Source of the DNA: a bacterium
Lineage (GTDB): Bacteria > Zhuqueibacterota > Zhuqueibacteria > Oceanimicrobiales > Oceanimicrobiaceae
Direction of reading: 5' to 3'
NCBI GenBank assembly: GCA_046757025.1
Contig: JBHHXN010000031.1
Location: 1 to 38,158, forward strand
Length of the DNA: 38,158 bases
Position 1 is the stretch's first letter. Every line of letters begins with the position of its first letter. The position numbers were made by a program, and so were the translations under genes. The notes below the pieces were generated by a model that saw only the letters and a program-made list of their open reading frames with translations, made no database searches and was not told where the DNA came from. Positions 19,397 through 29,027 of this stretch are shown piece after piece.

Positions 19397-19758
19397 AAAA
19401 TTAATCGTTCTATAGATTCTATAGTGTTTGATTCTTAATAATATTCTATTTTGAATGTTTTTGGAATTATTGTCATAAAGAACATAAAAATAAACTATTA
19501 TCTATGGAGAAATACATTCATTTCATATTGTCCGCAAGCTCAAATATCTTCTGCGAAACTTGAGTTAAATAATAACACACAACGATTCCAATTGTAGTGG
19601 AGCAAAAGCAAAATAAAATGGCAGCGTGAAGATGTTTGGCTAAAAAAATAGAATGGAAAAGATAAAATATCTCTGAGAGCGAAATCAATAAATCCGATTT
19701 GAGATCGATGGTGCAAGGCAACAATTCAGGCAGGCGCGATGCATTCCCCCCCGTTATT

Positions 19759-20028
19759 TTAACTTACTCTTTTGAGCTTTTTTTTGAATTCGTTTTCTTC
19801 GACTCGAAATTTGAACGCCTTGCGGCCATTGATGAAAATCACCGGAATTTGTTCTTTATACTTTTCAAACAAGTGTTTATCTTTAGTGATATCCACTTCT
19901 TCAAGCACAAATGGCCATTGCCCCTGAACCTTTTTTATAACAGCTTTGGCTTCGTCGCAAAGATGGCAGTCGGGCTTGGAGAAAATCTCAACCTTTGCTT
20001 TTACTTTCTTCCTGCTTAGCAAAGTCAT
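19759..20028 (-). CDS. Glutaredoxin-like protein (DUF836 type)
   Basis: FSKPDCHLCDEAK, EEVDIT, KYKEQIPVIFING. The ATG at 20028 lies inside the upstream gene. Confidence 0.85.
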   Translation of the reverse strand: MTLLSRKKVKAKVEIFSKPDCHLCDEAKAVIKKVQGQWPFVLEEVDITKDKHLFEKYKEQIPVIFINGRKAFKFRVEENEFKKKLKRVS

Positions 20029-20533
20029 CAAATTTCATCTTATTGTACCAGTTGCCAGAAATGTATTTGAGAATGACGACAAATTTATCCGCGGGAATGT
20101 AACCGGGCACTCGAGTTATGGGCTCCCCTTTTGAATCGATGAATACCGTGGCAGGAAAACCCGTAATCCCAAATTTGCGGGTCAACTCACGCCCGGAATA
20201 TTTGCCATCTAAAAACTTGAACTTTTTATTGGTTTCCGCATCGATCTTGGCCATGATGACATTTTCTGAGGCAAAATCAATGACTGCTTTGTTACCATAG
20301 GTCTCCTTGTCCATCACCTTGCACCAGTGGCACCAGTCGGTATAAAAATCCACCACCAGTACTTTGTTTTCTTTTTGTGCCTGCTCGAACCCTTTGTCAA
20401 AAGTGTACCATTTAATCTTTTCAGTTTTGGCACTTTTTGCGCCATCAGGTTCTTCAGAAACATTGGCCATCAACACCAGAGTAACTGCCGCTAGGACGGT
20501 CACTATGCTGATCACGATCGAAGTTTTTTTCAT
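19988..20533 (-). CDS. Exported thioredoxin-fold protein (SoxW/DsbJ-like)
   Basis: N-terminal hydrophobic anchor, IKWYTFDKG, DFYTDWCHWCKVMDKETY, FGITGFPAT (cis-Pro loop), VPGYIPA. Confidence 0.88.
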   Translation of the reverse strand: MKKTSIVISIVTVLAAVTLVLMANVSEEPDGAKSAKTEKIKWYTFDKGFEQAQKENKVLVVDFYTDWCHWCKVMDKETYGNKAVIDFASENVIMAKIDAETNKKFKFLDGKYSGRELTRKFGITGFPATVFIDSKGEPITRVPGYIPADKFVVILKYISGNWYNKMKFDDFAKQEESKSKG

Positions 20534-20559
20534 TGTAATTCCTTAACTTTTATTTCTTT

Positions 20560-23500
20560 TCATCTAACAATGGCTAATCTGCCAATTTTTTCATTTTGCA
20601 AGGTTCCGTTGGAGCCTTGTGACCTTGCAATGATCTTATATAAATACACACCATTCGCTGGCACATCGCCATCTTCGTCCCTTCCATCCCATTCTACCAT
20701 GTTAAAACCGCTGCGGGCAAACGGATATTCCAGTGTTCTGATCAATTGTCCGGATACGGTGTATATTTTGATTCGAACCTCGGCATCCAGATTTGAGATG
20801 AACGTGAAAGTCGTGTTCTCTGTGAACGGATTGGGGTAGTTCATGATGTCTTGCAGCACCAAACCCTCCTCATGAATAATCACCACTTCCACTGAAGCCG
20901 TTGTGGAGTTATTGGAATTGTCCCAGGCTTTGACCTCTAAAGTATGTCGGTCCTCGCCGTCAGAAGTGATACACGTAATAACTCTACCTCCCACGTCAAC
21001 TTCTTGAGGAAAATTTAAAGGCAATTTTACCGTTCCTCGCAGGTGACTTCCTTCATCAAACTCAAACAAGTCGGTTAAATCGATGCTACTGATTCCCTGA
21101 AATCGGTTCAATTCCGATAAACAGGTTTCTTCATCCGGATCGATTTTTAAAGTCAATTTGTGCCCGATTGCACCGGCGATGTTAATTCCGCTGACCGAAT
21201 CGACTAAATCCACCACCAATGTCACGTTCTCCCCTATTATATCGCCCGATGTAAAAGTTTCATAACCCTGAAAATAAATGCGCACCTCCGGCCCTCTGGT
21301 GTCCACCAGATTTGACGAAGAGCTGCTGACGGTGATGCTGTCTTTGACACCGACGCCGTCGATGGATTTATTTTCATCCCAGAAATAAGCGCTGACGCGC
21401 GCCAGTTTGCCGCCATAAGAAATATCTTTCGGTACGATAAATTTTGCCGTAAAACGGCCGTTTTGCACTGGCACGGTTCCTCGATAAATTGAGCTGCCCG
21501 GCAAAAAATATTCCTGCACTGAGCCCGCTTCCGGTACGTTCCGAACAAACTTTTTTGAGTCAAACGTGTTTATGAGGGCGGTGCCGTTAAAATCGCTCGC
21601 AAATTGTCCATTCTGCCTGACTTCGCCGGCAATTTCAATGGTGCTGAGCGCTAAAATGGAATCCGGCTGCAGCGCAGTAATTTTCGCTTCCAGCTTCGGC
21701 ATGGCCAGGCGCAAAGTGGGATCGCCATAGATGTGAAATTTTTCGTCGTTGGTGAGATTGCTGGTTCGGCTGCGAGCAGAAATAAATGCGGCGCCCAGAC
21801 GGTTCGTTTGACCAGTCGAGTTGAACAAATGATTATAATAAAACCGATTAAATCGGAAATTGGAATTTGAAAAAACCAGTCGCGCGGATGACAGGATGGC
21901 AATGGCGCCGCGATTTTCAGCCAACAGCAGTTCCTCCGCTTGGCTTTGTCTTTCCGGGTTATCGTAAAGCGCCCAGTCGCAGGTAGCGGCTACAAAAAAG
22001 ATCAACATATCGTGGTTTTGCACGCGATCGTTGTCCGATTTGTGAAAGACCACTTCGTGCGCCCATTGTGTGGAATTGCCGTGGCCGATAAAATTGACGA
22101 TAAGCGTCCCTTTATTCATTTGCTGAATCAGCGCTTCTTTCGCCGCGGGCTTGGTCACCCCGGCATTAGAGGCGCTGATCACCTTTGGAAATTCGGAAAG
22201 ATAAATCTTTTCCACATCAAAAAATCCGGGGATAGCGTTGCGATCCTCTGCAATGCTTTCGATCTGTTTAATGTGCACATCATCAGCCAAATTCGGCTTA
22301 CCGCCTCGCACCAATTCGTCGTCGCCTACCATGGTGATGGTGTTGCGCCAGTTATCGTACAAGGGATCGGTTTCATAGGCGATGATTTTATCCACCGCCA
22401 TCTTCGCTTCCGTATTCGATTGCACATTGATACGGCCGATGGCCAGATCCATGACGCGGTCTTCCCCCGAAATATACGTGTACCAGCTATCCATGGTACG
22501 GCTTTCCAACTCACGCAGCCGATCATTGGAATTCGACTGTAGCAGCTCATTGGTTTGAAAGGTGGGAATCCAATTATTGTCCCCACTGAAAATAATATTC
22601 TTGGGATCGTAATCGCCGTCGCCAAACAGCAAAACATAAGAGGGTTTCAGCGTCCAATTTTCGAAGGCAAATTTAAGATAGTTTCGTATGGCGCCCACAT
22701 CCATCAGCCCGCCTGAAAAATTGTTGTAGATATCCGAAATTCGTACCACTTCGGTGACCATGCGATTGTCCGGATTGAGAGTTTCACGTAATCCTTCCAG
22801 AGGCAGCGCGGCCGAATGAAAATCATCGTGGGTGATGATGATGTACTCGGCACCCGGTTCCACATTTCGAATGTCGGCGATCTCCGATCGTTCGAGACTT
22901 TCGATGGACTTATATTTGGCGGGATTCAATGCGATAAATCTTTTAGGTTGATCAGGTAATTGCGTCGTCGTGAACGTGATGCTGCCCTGGGATATTCTTG
23001 GTTCCGCAATTCTTTTGACGCGCTCAAACTGGCTGATATCGAACAATTCGATATCGTTGCCGGAGAAATTGCTGACTCGATAAGTCTGCTGACCGGCTTC
23101 GGGGATCAGCGTAAAAGTCAGCTCATCTTCCCGGGCGCGCAGCGGCGCTGTGTAAAAAAATTCGAACCAGTCCAGCAAAACCTGGCTGAAACTAGTCGGC
23201 GGCGTATAAGAAATCGTCAAAGTGTTGCTTTCGGAGCTCAAACTGGCGGGCGCGTTGAAGTTGAAATCTTCCACTCGCAGAACCAAATACTGCCCCTGTT
23301 CAGATGAAGATCCAAAAAATTGCCGGCTGCCGAGATCGGTGCCGTTCACGGAAAACGTAAATCGGTGATTGCCAGAGCTTTTCGAGGCCAGGCGGACTTT
23401 CAGCTCCACGGTGCTGGTTTCGTTTTGTGCGTTCAAATCCAAACCGTAGCTCTGGGTGCGGCTGTTGGCATCAAATTGCCGCCCGAAGAAATTGAGTCCT

Positions 23501-24708
23501 GATCGCAGCGGATTGTCGATCTCCTCTTCCAAAAAAGTCATGCCCTGGTAAACTTCACGCACGCTGCCACTTGCCGGGCCGGCGCTAACGGCTTTCATCC
23601 TGAGGCCGTTTTGTTCCCCCGCCAGAGCTAACCAGTAGATATTTTCTTTTTCGTAGTGATGGATGTAATGTGCAAAACTCTGTGTTCCGGCATCGTACTC
23701 CCAGCCGCTCACACCCCGGCCATAAAAGAGAATGTAATCGTCGCGGTCAAAGCGACCGTCGCCTCCGTCCACAATCAAGATGGCGTTTTCTACCAATCCT
23801 ACCGAGTGAGGCGCCGAAAGACTTTGCGGCAGCTCTTTTCCGCCGTTGTTATAAATTTGGATTTTCGCCGGATCGATTTCACTCAGATTCAGGTTATTGA
23901 TAGCGGACTCCAGAAATCGGCCGTCTATTTTGTAAATCCCTTCATCGCGAATGCGAAACTTGTAGAGAGTCGTATTTTGAAATGATTTCCTGGAATAGCT
24001 GGTTTTTTGAACCGAACGTTTGTGGGTGCGCCACCGAATGGCCTGAGAGTAATTCAACAGTAAGTCCTCATACATTTCTTCCTCTGCCCGTGAAATAACG
24101 GAAGCGGAAACGTTTGAAGCCGCCCGGCCACCCACAAAATCTAGTCTCAGCACAATTCGGTCATACTTGCGCACCTGTCTCGTACCCGGCAAAAACTGCA
24201 GACCCGCCACCTGAATCCTGACAATTTGCTGATGGCGAAAAAAAGCCGGTGCATCGATTTGCACCAAGTCTGATGGAAAATTTAGCGCTTTGCCATAAAT
24301 TTCGGCATTCAACTGGTACTCCATTTCCGGTCCACCGTCGCTCTGCTCGATTATGGGATACGGGGCCAAACGAGTGTTCTGGATGACTTCAAAATCGCTC
24401 TCAAGCACCTGGTAGTTCACGCGCGCTCCCTCAGGAATACCCAGAATCGCTACGTGATACGGAATTTGCGGTGCGCCCGGTTGATCTGCCAGATTAGCCG
24501 CAGAAAAATCGAGTTTTGTATGTTCCACCCCGTTGATCATCACGGATTCCGTCTGCCAGTTGGAAACAGAAAACTCCAGGGTCAAGCTGCGTTCAGCCGC
24601 GTTGACGATTCGAACGGTTTCGTCTTTTTTAACAGCGCTCTTCACGGGTGAGAAACCAGTTGAAATGCACCACAAAAACCAACAGATAAAGAGATATTTT
24701 AACTTCAT
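20560..24708 (-). CDS. porU: PorU-like C25 (gingipain-family) peptidase / type IX secretion sortase homolog
   Basis: Signal peptide, C25 propeptide-like N-terminus (GAPQIP), DYILFYG, YVLLFGDGDYD, IGRI, NFIGHG (catalytic His), AATC (catalytic Cys), YGDP, FIVPKDISY, KAWDNSNN, and a C-terminal NYPNPF...IKIYTVSG...WDGRD...NGVYLYK sorting-type domain. Confidence 0.85.
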   Translation of the reverse strand: MKLKYLFICWFLWCISTGFSPVKSAVKKDETVRIVNAAERSLTLEFSVSNWQTESVMINGVEHTKLDFSAANLADQPGAPQIPYHVAILGIPEGARVNYQVLESDFEVIQNTRLAPYPIIEQSDGGPEMEYQLNAEIYGKALNFPSDLVQIDAPAFFRHQQIVRIQVAGLQFLPGTRQVRKYDRIVLRLDFVGGRAASNVSASVISRAEEEMYEDLLLNYSQAIRWRTHKRSVQKTSYSRKSFQNTTLYKFRIRDEGIYKIDGRFLESAINNLNLSEIDPAKIQIYNNGGKELPQSLSAPHSVGLVENAILIVDGGDGRFDRDDYILFYGRGVSGWEYDAGTQSFAHYIHHYEKENIYWLALAGEQNGLRMKAVSAGPASGSVREVYQGMTFLEEEIDNPLRSGLNFFGRQFDANSRTQSYGLDLNAQNETSTVELKVRLASKSSGNHRFTFSVNGTDLGSRQFFGSSSEQGQYLVLRVEDFNFNAPASLSSESNTLTISYTPPTSFSQVLLDWFEFFYTAPLRAREDELTFTLIPEAGQQTYRVSNFSGNDIELFDISQFERVKRIAEPRISQGSITFTTTQLPDQPKRFIALNPAKYKSIESLERSEIADIRNVEPGAEYIIITHDDFHSAALPLEGLRETLNPDNRMVTEVVRISDIYNNFSGGLMDVGAIRNYLKFAFENWTLKPSYVLLFGDGDYDPKNIIFSGDNNWIPTFQTNELLQSNSNDRLRELESRTMDSWYTYISGEDRVMDLAIGRINVQSNTEAKMAVDKIIAYETDPLYDNWRNTITMVGDDELVRGGKPNLADDVHIKQIESIAEDRNAIPGFFDVEKIYLSEFPKVISASNAGVTKPAAKEALIQQMNKGTLIVNFIGHGNSTQWAHEVVFHKSDNDRVQNHDMLIFFVAATCDWALYDNPERQSQAEELLLAENRGAIAILSSARLVFSNSNFRFNRFYYNHLFNSTGQTNRLGAAFISARSRTSNLTNDEKFHIYGDPTLRLAMPKLEAKITALQPDSILALSTIEIAGEVRQNGQFASDFNGTALINTFDSKKFVRNVPEAGSVQEYFLPGSSIYRGTVPVQNGRFTAKFIVPKDISYGGKLARVSAYFWDENKSIDGVGVKDSITVSSSSSNLVDTRGPEVRIYFQGYETFTSGDIIGENVTLVVDLVDSVSGINIAGAIGHKLTLKIDPDEETCLSELNRFQGISSIDLTDLFEFDEGSHLRGTVKLPLNFPQEVDVGGRVITCITSDGEDRHTLEVKAWDNSNNSTTASVEVVIIHEEGLVLQDIMNYPNPFTENTTFTFISNLDAEVRIKIYTVSGQLIRTLEYPFARSGFNMVEWDGRDEDGDVPANGVYLYKIIARSQGSNGTLQNEKIGRLAIVR

Positions 24709-24726
24709 ATTTATTTGTGATAAAAC

Positions 24727-24900
24727 TTATTGAATGTTTTTTTCTTTAAGAAGAAAAATACAAAATAATCCGATGGCGATCACCACACTGTACATGAAAA
24801 GGAGAAATAACCGCGAGGGGTGATTAAAAAAAACTTCATAACCCAAACCTAAACTGCTAATGGCAATAAAAACAATACCGCGAACGGTGTACGCATCCAT
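24727..24900 (-). CDS. Small two-helix membrane protein, 57 aa, absent from the ORF track
   Basis: Manual translation MDAYTVRGIVFIAISSLGLGYEVFFNHPSRLFLLFMYSVVIAIGLFCIFLLKEKNIQ*. AGGT upstream of the ATG, two hydrophobic segments, stop codon 18 bp before porU. Confidence 0.65.
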   Translation of the reverse strand: MDAYTVRGIVFIAISSLGLGYEVFFNHPSRLFLLFMYSVVIAIGLFCIFLLKEKNIQ

Positions 24901-25171
24901 GGGAATCTACCTGATATAACATATTCAAAATCAATTATCTTCCCCTCCTGCCCAATGAAAATGAATTACCGAATATAAGCATTTTTTGTCAAACATGTAA
25001 ACGAAATTTTAAGGAATTATAAGATGCTACAGAAATCGGATTCAGGATTTGCCAAACCGACTCAAAAGATGCCATCCCCGATAGGTTCAGGATTCTGCAC
25101 GTGCTGAGGAAATTTCATAGAGAAGATAATTTAACCGAAATGAAATCCAGCAATCACACCACAACCATCAT

Positions 25172-25987
25172 TCATTCTTGCATGAACGCCGCTTCTTTAC
25201 GACAGGCTTTCTGATTTTTCAAGGATTCGTGCACGGCTTTCATGGCTTCAATGCTGTCCATCACGCGATTCATGATTTTTTGAGCGACTTCCCTTTTTTT
25301 GTGATTTCCGTAAAATTCAGAGAGGTCGAGAGGTTTGCCGTAATAAACATAAATCTTTTTGAACAGCCGCGGAATCACGGAACCGATGGGAAGCAGTTTA
25401 TCCATACCGTCGATGTAAACGGGAATGACCGTGGGGTTCGTTTCCAGAATTAACAACCCAGCGCCGCCGCGCGCTTTGCCAATGGAGCCATCCCGCGAGC
25501 GTGTGCCTTCCGGGAACAACGTCATGGTGCCGATTTTTAAGGCCTCAGCCATTTTGAAAATGGCGCCCACGTCTTTGCGGCCGCGTTTTATTCGGATGCA
25601 TTTCCAATTATCTGCAAGCCACGCCAGAATCGGCGTACGAAAAAAGTTTTCTTCCGCCGCCGGATTCCAGGGAATCACATACGGTCGTATAAGCGACATC
25701 GGGTAAAAAGCAAAAAGGCCGACTAAAAAACTGTCGATCATACTTTGATGATTCGACAGCAACAATGTGTTTCGCTTCTGCGGTACGTTTTTTTTCCCCT
25801 TCACCACGGTTCGATTTAGAAATTGAAAATAAATGTAGCCGATGGTGACGGATATGTTGGTGATGAGATAGTGTGTAAATGGCCAGGTTAATCTGAACAA
25901 CCAGCTGTGCTTGCGTCCAGCCACTATCTTCAATTCATTTTTACACAGATTAAAAACCATGACGATTTTTTTCAAAATGAATAGCAA
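25172..25987 (-). CDS. Lysophospholipid / 1-acyl-glycerol-3-phosphate acyltransferase (PlsC family)
   Basis: SNHQSMID (NHX4D) and FPEGTRSRDG motifs. Start uncertain, probably further downstream. Confidence 0.88.
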   Translation of the reverse strand: MLFILKKIVMVFNLCKNELKIVAGRKHSWLFRLTWPFTHYLITNISVTIGYIYFQFLNRTVVKGKKNVPQKRNTLLLSNHQSMIDSFLVGLFAFYPMSLIRPYVIPWNPAAEENFFRTPILAWLADNWKCIRIKRGRKDVGAIFKMAEALKIGTMTLFPEGTRSRDGSIGKARGGAGLLILETNPTVIPVYIDGMDKLLPIGSVIPRLFKKIYVYYGKPLDLSEFYGNHKKREVAQKIMNRVMDSIEAMKAVHESLKNQKACRKEAAFMQE

Positions 25988-26132
25988 TTATTTTCATAAA
26001 ATGCAACCAGAATATCACAAAAAAGAACGAATACAGACAACTTTTTGCGTTTTTATTCAACTTCGTGAGGGCTGTTTAATCGCGCAATTTTTATAACGGA
26101 AAACGTAAACCCGGGAGAGAAAGTTCCCCTTA

Positions 26133-26294
26133 GTGCTCCATTTCAGAAATGGTTGTAGGGTTCACAAGAGATAATAGCAGCTACCGATCTTCACCCTTTG
26201 ACTCCCGCTCAGGGTGAAGATCATGGTTTTCCGATTTTGAATTAGCACTCAGCATGAAGACAAGTACCCGACAATCAATTTTGAAATGGAATAC
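26133..26294 (+). mobile_element. MITE-like element, family B copy 1
   Basis: ~30-bp imperfect terminal inverted repeats GTGCTCCATTTCAGAAATGGTTGTAGGGT and ACCCGACAATCAATTTTGAAATGGAATAC; central 12-bp hairpin GATCTTCACCCT...AGGGTGAAGATC; homologous to the reverse complement of 36513-36673. Confidence 0.75.
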
Positions 26295-26416
26295 TTAGCC
26301 ACAAAAGCATAGAAAATTGCGTTGACGCGCCAGTGGCTGTTTCCGCAAACCGTCATTCAACGTCAGCAACAAGGATACGATCGGCAACGACATCCGCTTT
26401 GCTGAATCTCTACATG

Positions 26417-26546
26417 GTGTCCGAACAAACACGACCCTATCTTCGCGAAGTCCTCCTGGCCGAAGGTGATTTCCTGCTCAGCTCGATGGAATGCCGTCAC
26501 AAAGAAGTTTATAAATCGCGCATTTCTCTAATTTTCGTTCAGACAC
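26417..26546 (+). mobile_element. MITE-like element, family A copy 2 (lacks the 25-nt insert)
   Basis: Ungapped 130-nt alignment to 13487-13641 once 13561-13585 is removed (24 mismatches by hand count); ends GTGTCCGAAC and GTTCAGACAC. Confidence 0.78.
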
Positions 26547-26827
26547 AAAATAACTTCACCGTTACCGGTCCATGTCACTTCTTCTTTTGCCGACAATCAG
26601 GTGAGGGCAAAATTATCACAAATAAATGGCTTTGTCAAGCAATAAGTCAGGAGGATGGTGATGAAATCAAATAAACACGGTTGCTGTAGCGCAAACGAAA
26701 GGTTGGCTGGGAAATAAAAAAGGGGACAACTCAATCAGTGGTGTTTAAAAGGCGGTATAAACAGGCGTTTTCTGTGCAAAAAATGTCTGTTTCAAATAAT
26801 GTGTGCAACTTATTTTAATTTCGACGA

Positions 26828-27646
26828 TCAAGTCAATTGATCGAGAAACGGCGCAATTTTTTCGATGATTTCAGCGTGACGGGTACCGTTGCTGGCAACA
26901 AAGCCTTTGTCGTTGTACACGTTTTCTTTGTTATATTTTAACGGCTGGCCCCAACAGTCGGTGAGGGTTCCGCCCGCTTCTTGCAGGATGATTTCAGGAG
27001 CGCAGGTGTCCCATTCTTTGGTTTTCGAATTGGGATGCAAATAAAGGTCGCACTTTTTCTGCGCCAGCAAACCGACTTTTAAGCCCACACTTCCGGAGGC
27101 CACTTCCTTATGAATGCCCAGGGCTTCTTTCATCGTGTCCACCAGTTCCGCCCGATGCGACCGGCTTATGACCAACTTCAACTGGTCAATCTCAGTAACA
27201 TTTGAAACATGTAATTCCGATTTTTGGCCATTTTGAATCATGTACGCACCTTGGTTTCTTACGGCCCAATAAAAGATGGCTGAGGTCGGCTGATAAACCA
27301 GACCCAATACGGGGCGACCGTTTTCAACCAATCCAATCATGGCCGCAAACTGGCCGACTTTGTCGATGAATTCTTTGGTGCCGTCCATGGGATCCACTAC
27401 CCACACCCGGCTCTTCTGCAGTCGTTTGAAGTCATCTTTGGATTCTTCCGCTAAAATGGCATCATCCGGAAACTGCCGGGCTAGCTGTTCGGTAATAAAC
27501 GCATTGGATGCTTTATCTGCCTGTGTCACGGGCTCGCGTTCATTTTTTAATTCCACATCGTATTTTCGATGGTAAAAATCCAAGATTATCTGCCCTGCTT
27601 CTTTAATTATTTCAGTTGCCACATTCAGTTCTTCTGTCAGCATCAT
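26828..27646 (-). CDS. cysQ: 3'(2'),5'-bisphosphate nucleotidase CysQ / inositol monophosphatase family
   Basis: PVTQAD, ILAEES, WVVDPMDGTKEFI, SRSH, GSVGLK, EWDTCA. Start moved to the ATG at 27646 because it has an AAGGA RBS and the longer ORF start crosses a terminator. Confidence 0.88.
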   Translation of the reverse strand: MMLTEELNVATEIIKEAGQIILDFYHRKYDVELKNEREPVTQADKASNAFITEQLARQFPDDAILAEESKDDFKRLQKSRVWVVDPMDGTKEFIDKVGQFAAMIGLVENGRPVLGLVYQPTSAIFYWAVRNQGAYMIQNGQKSELHVSNVTEIDQLKLVISRSHRAELVDTMKEALGIHKEVASGSVGLKVGLLAQKKCDLYLHPNSKTKEWDTCAPEIILQEAGGTLTDCWGQPLKYNKENVYNDKGFVASNGTRHAEIIEKIAPFLDQLT

Positions 27647-27689
27647 TTCTATCCTTATGTAATTAAAAATGTTCCATCGCAATGATTTT

Positions 27690-27721
27690 AAAAAGCCTGT
27701 CCCCCTAAACGAGGAACAGGC
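27690..27721 (-). terminator. Intrinsic terminator after the TolB-like gene
   Basis: Minus strand GCCTGTTCCTC-gttta-GGGGGACAGGC-TTTTT. Confidence 0.7.
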
Positions 27722-27756
27722 CGAAGGGGCACAAACCACAAAAAAGGTTTTGAAAT

Positions 27757-28887
27757 TTACTCACTTGCTACACGAAGAAAATATTCACGGTCTAAATCGG
27801 CCCGTAAAATATCAAAGTTGTTGTTCATCAATCTGGTAAAAACAAAGCTGCGGCCGTCATTTGAAAATCTCGGCTCTCCTAAGTCACCGTTCACCCAATA
27901 AACCAATTCGGCGCCTTTAAGTAAAAGGTTTAATTTCCATAATTCTGCGGTGCCTTTTTCTGCATTCGCTTTTTGAAAATACAATTCAGTTGCAGTTGGA
28001 TTTAACACAAACTTTGGAAATGGCCTGATTTCCGCATCTGAATATAAAATTTCTTGTGATGCATTTTGCAAATCAATCCTTACTATAGAAAACAACCCCT
28101 CACTTTGCGGAAAACGAGCCTGTACATTGCTCACAAATCCAAGCGTGATAAAATGGCTTTCATCCAGCCAGATCACCGATGGCTGCCATTCCAAATCCGA
28201 ATAAGATTTCCAGCATTCTGTGCGAAATATTTCCTGTTCCATTCCATTCGATTGAATCAACGTAAACGTGACTCGCAGGGAACCGTCCGATTGCGTTCGT
28301 CGCAAAACCATCTGGAAAGTGTTTTTCGGGGAGGTCGTTCTGAATTCCGGTAACTGGCCCGCAGGTATTTCGCTCCGGCCCAGTATGCGGTAGCCTTCTG
28401 AAAGCGGCAAACCCGAAGACGACTCCAATAACACTTTTTCGCCGTTTAACAAACTTAGATTCCAGATTTCCCAATCGAATATGCTGCTTGCTAAATCGTC
28501 GTTGCTGGTAAACTGCACAGCAGTCGGCGATTTGAGCAAAAGCACGGATTGATCATCTGGTCGCACATTATAATCGATCACCCCCGTGGTCTCTAATGCG
28601 ATTTTATCGGAACCGTCCTGATTCACCATCACCAGTCGATAATCCCAGGGTTGGGGTGCGAAAGGCTTACCGACAAATTCCAGATACAGAATTCGACGGC
28701 CTTTTTGAATAAACCGGGGGTTGACTTCCATGATCCGGTTTGAATTTGTCACATTTGTAAAATGAAAATTAGCGTTGGGTCTCAGAGGTTGGGAATGAAG
28801 TTGCTGACCAAAAACGAGTACGGCCAGAGACAGAAGCGAAACGAGCGCTCTTAACATGTTTTGCAGTATCTCCATATTTTTTTGCAT
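27757..28887 (-). CDS. Exported hypothetical protein with TolB/PD40-like propeller repeats
   Basis: Signal-like N-terminus, AAGGAGG RBS, PRFIQKGRRILY, DGSDK, EPRFSNDGRSFVFT...FDILRADL. Confidence 0.7.
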   Translation of the reverse strand: MQKNMEILQNMLRALVSLLSLAVLVFGQQLHSQPLRPNANFHFTNVTNSNRIMEVNPRFIQKGRRILYLEFVGKPFAPQPWDYRLVMVNQDGSDKIALETTGVIDYNVRPDDQSVLLLKSPTAVQFTSNDDLASSIFDWEIWNLSLLNGEKVLLESSSGLPLSEGYRILGRSEIPAGQLPEFRTTSPKNTFQMVLRRTQSDGSLRVTFTLIQSNGMEQEIFRTECWKSYSDLEWQPSVIWLDESHFITLGFVSNVQARFPQSEGLFSIVRIDLQNASQEILYSDAEIRPFPKFVLNPTATELYFQKANAEKGTAELWKLNLLLKGAELVYWVNGDLGEPRFSNDGRSFVFTRLMNNNFDILRADLDREYFLRVASE

Positions 28888-29011
28888 TTGAAAACCCCTC
28901 CTTGTCCTATCATATTAAGACAACTTTTTCACTAAAATCCTCTCACACTTTTTTAATAAAGCAATTTTTTTTGAGTTTTATTTCCAGCAAATTCTAAGGA
29001 TATTTTTAATT

Positions 29012-29027
29012 AGCAATTTCAATGCCA
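29012..29027 (-). promoter_or_regulatory. Sigma-54 (-24/-12) promoter for the TolB-like gene
   Basis: Minus strand TGGCATTGAAATTGCT (GG-N10-GC), 125 bp upstream of the ATG. Confidence 0.75.

Noticed and set aside
19131..19724. Short minus-strand ORFs (81 and 68 aa) upstream of sod
   Set aside because: AT-rich, non-ATG or weak starts, no recognisable motifs, and one overlaps a repeat.
27647..27739. N-terminal extension of cysQ in the ORF track
   Set aside because: It crosses an intrinsic terminator; a better ATG with an RBS lies at 27646.
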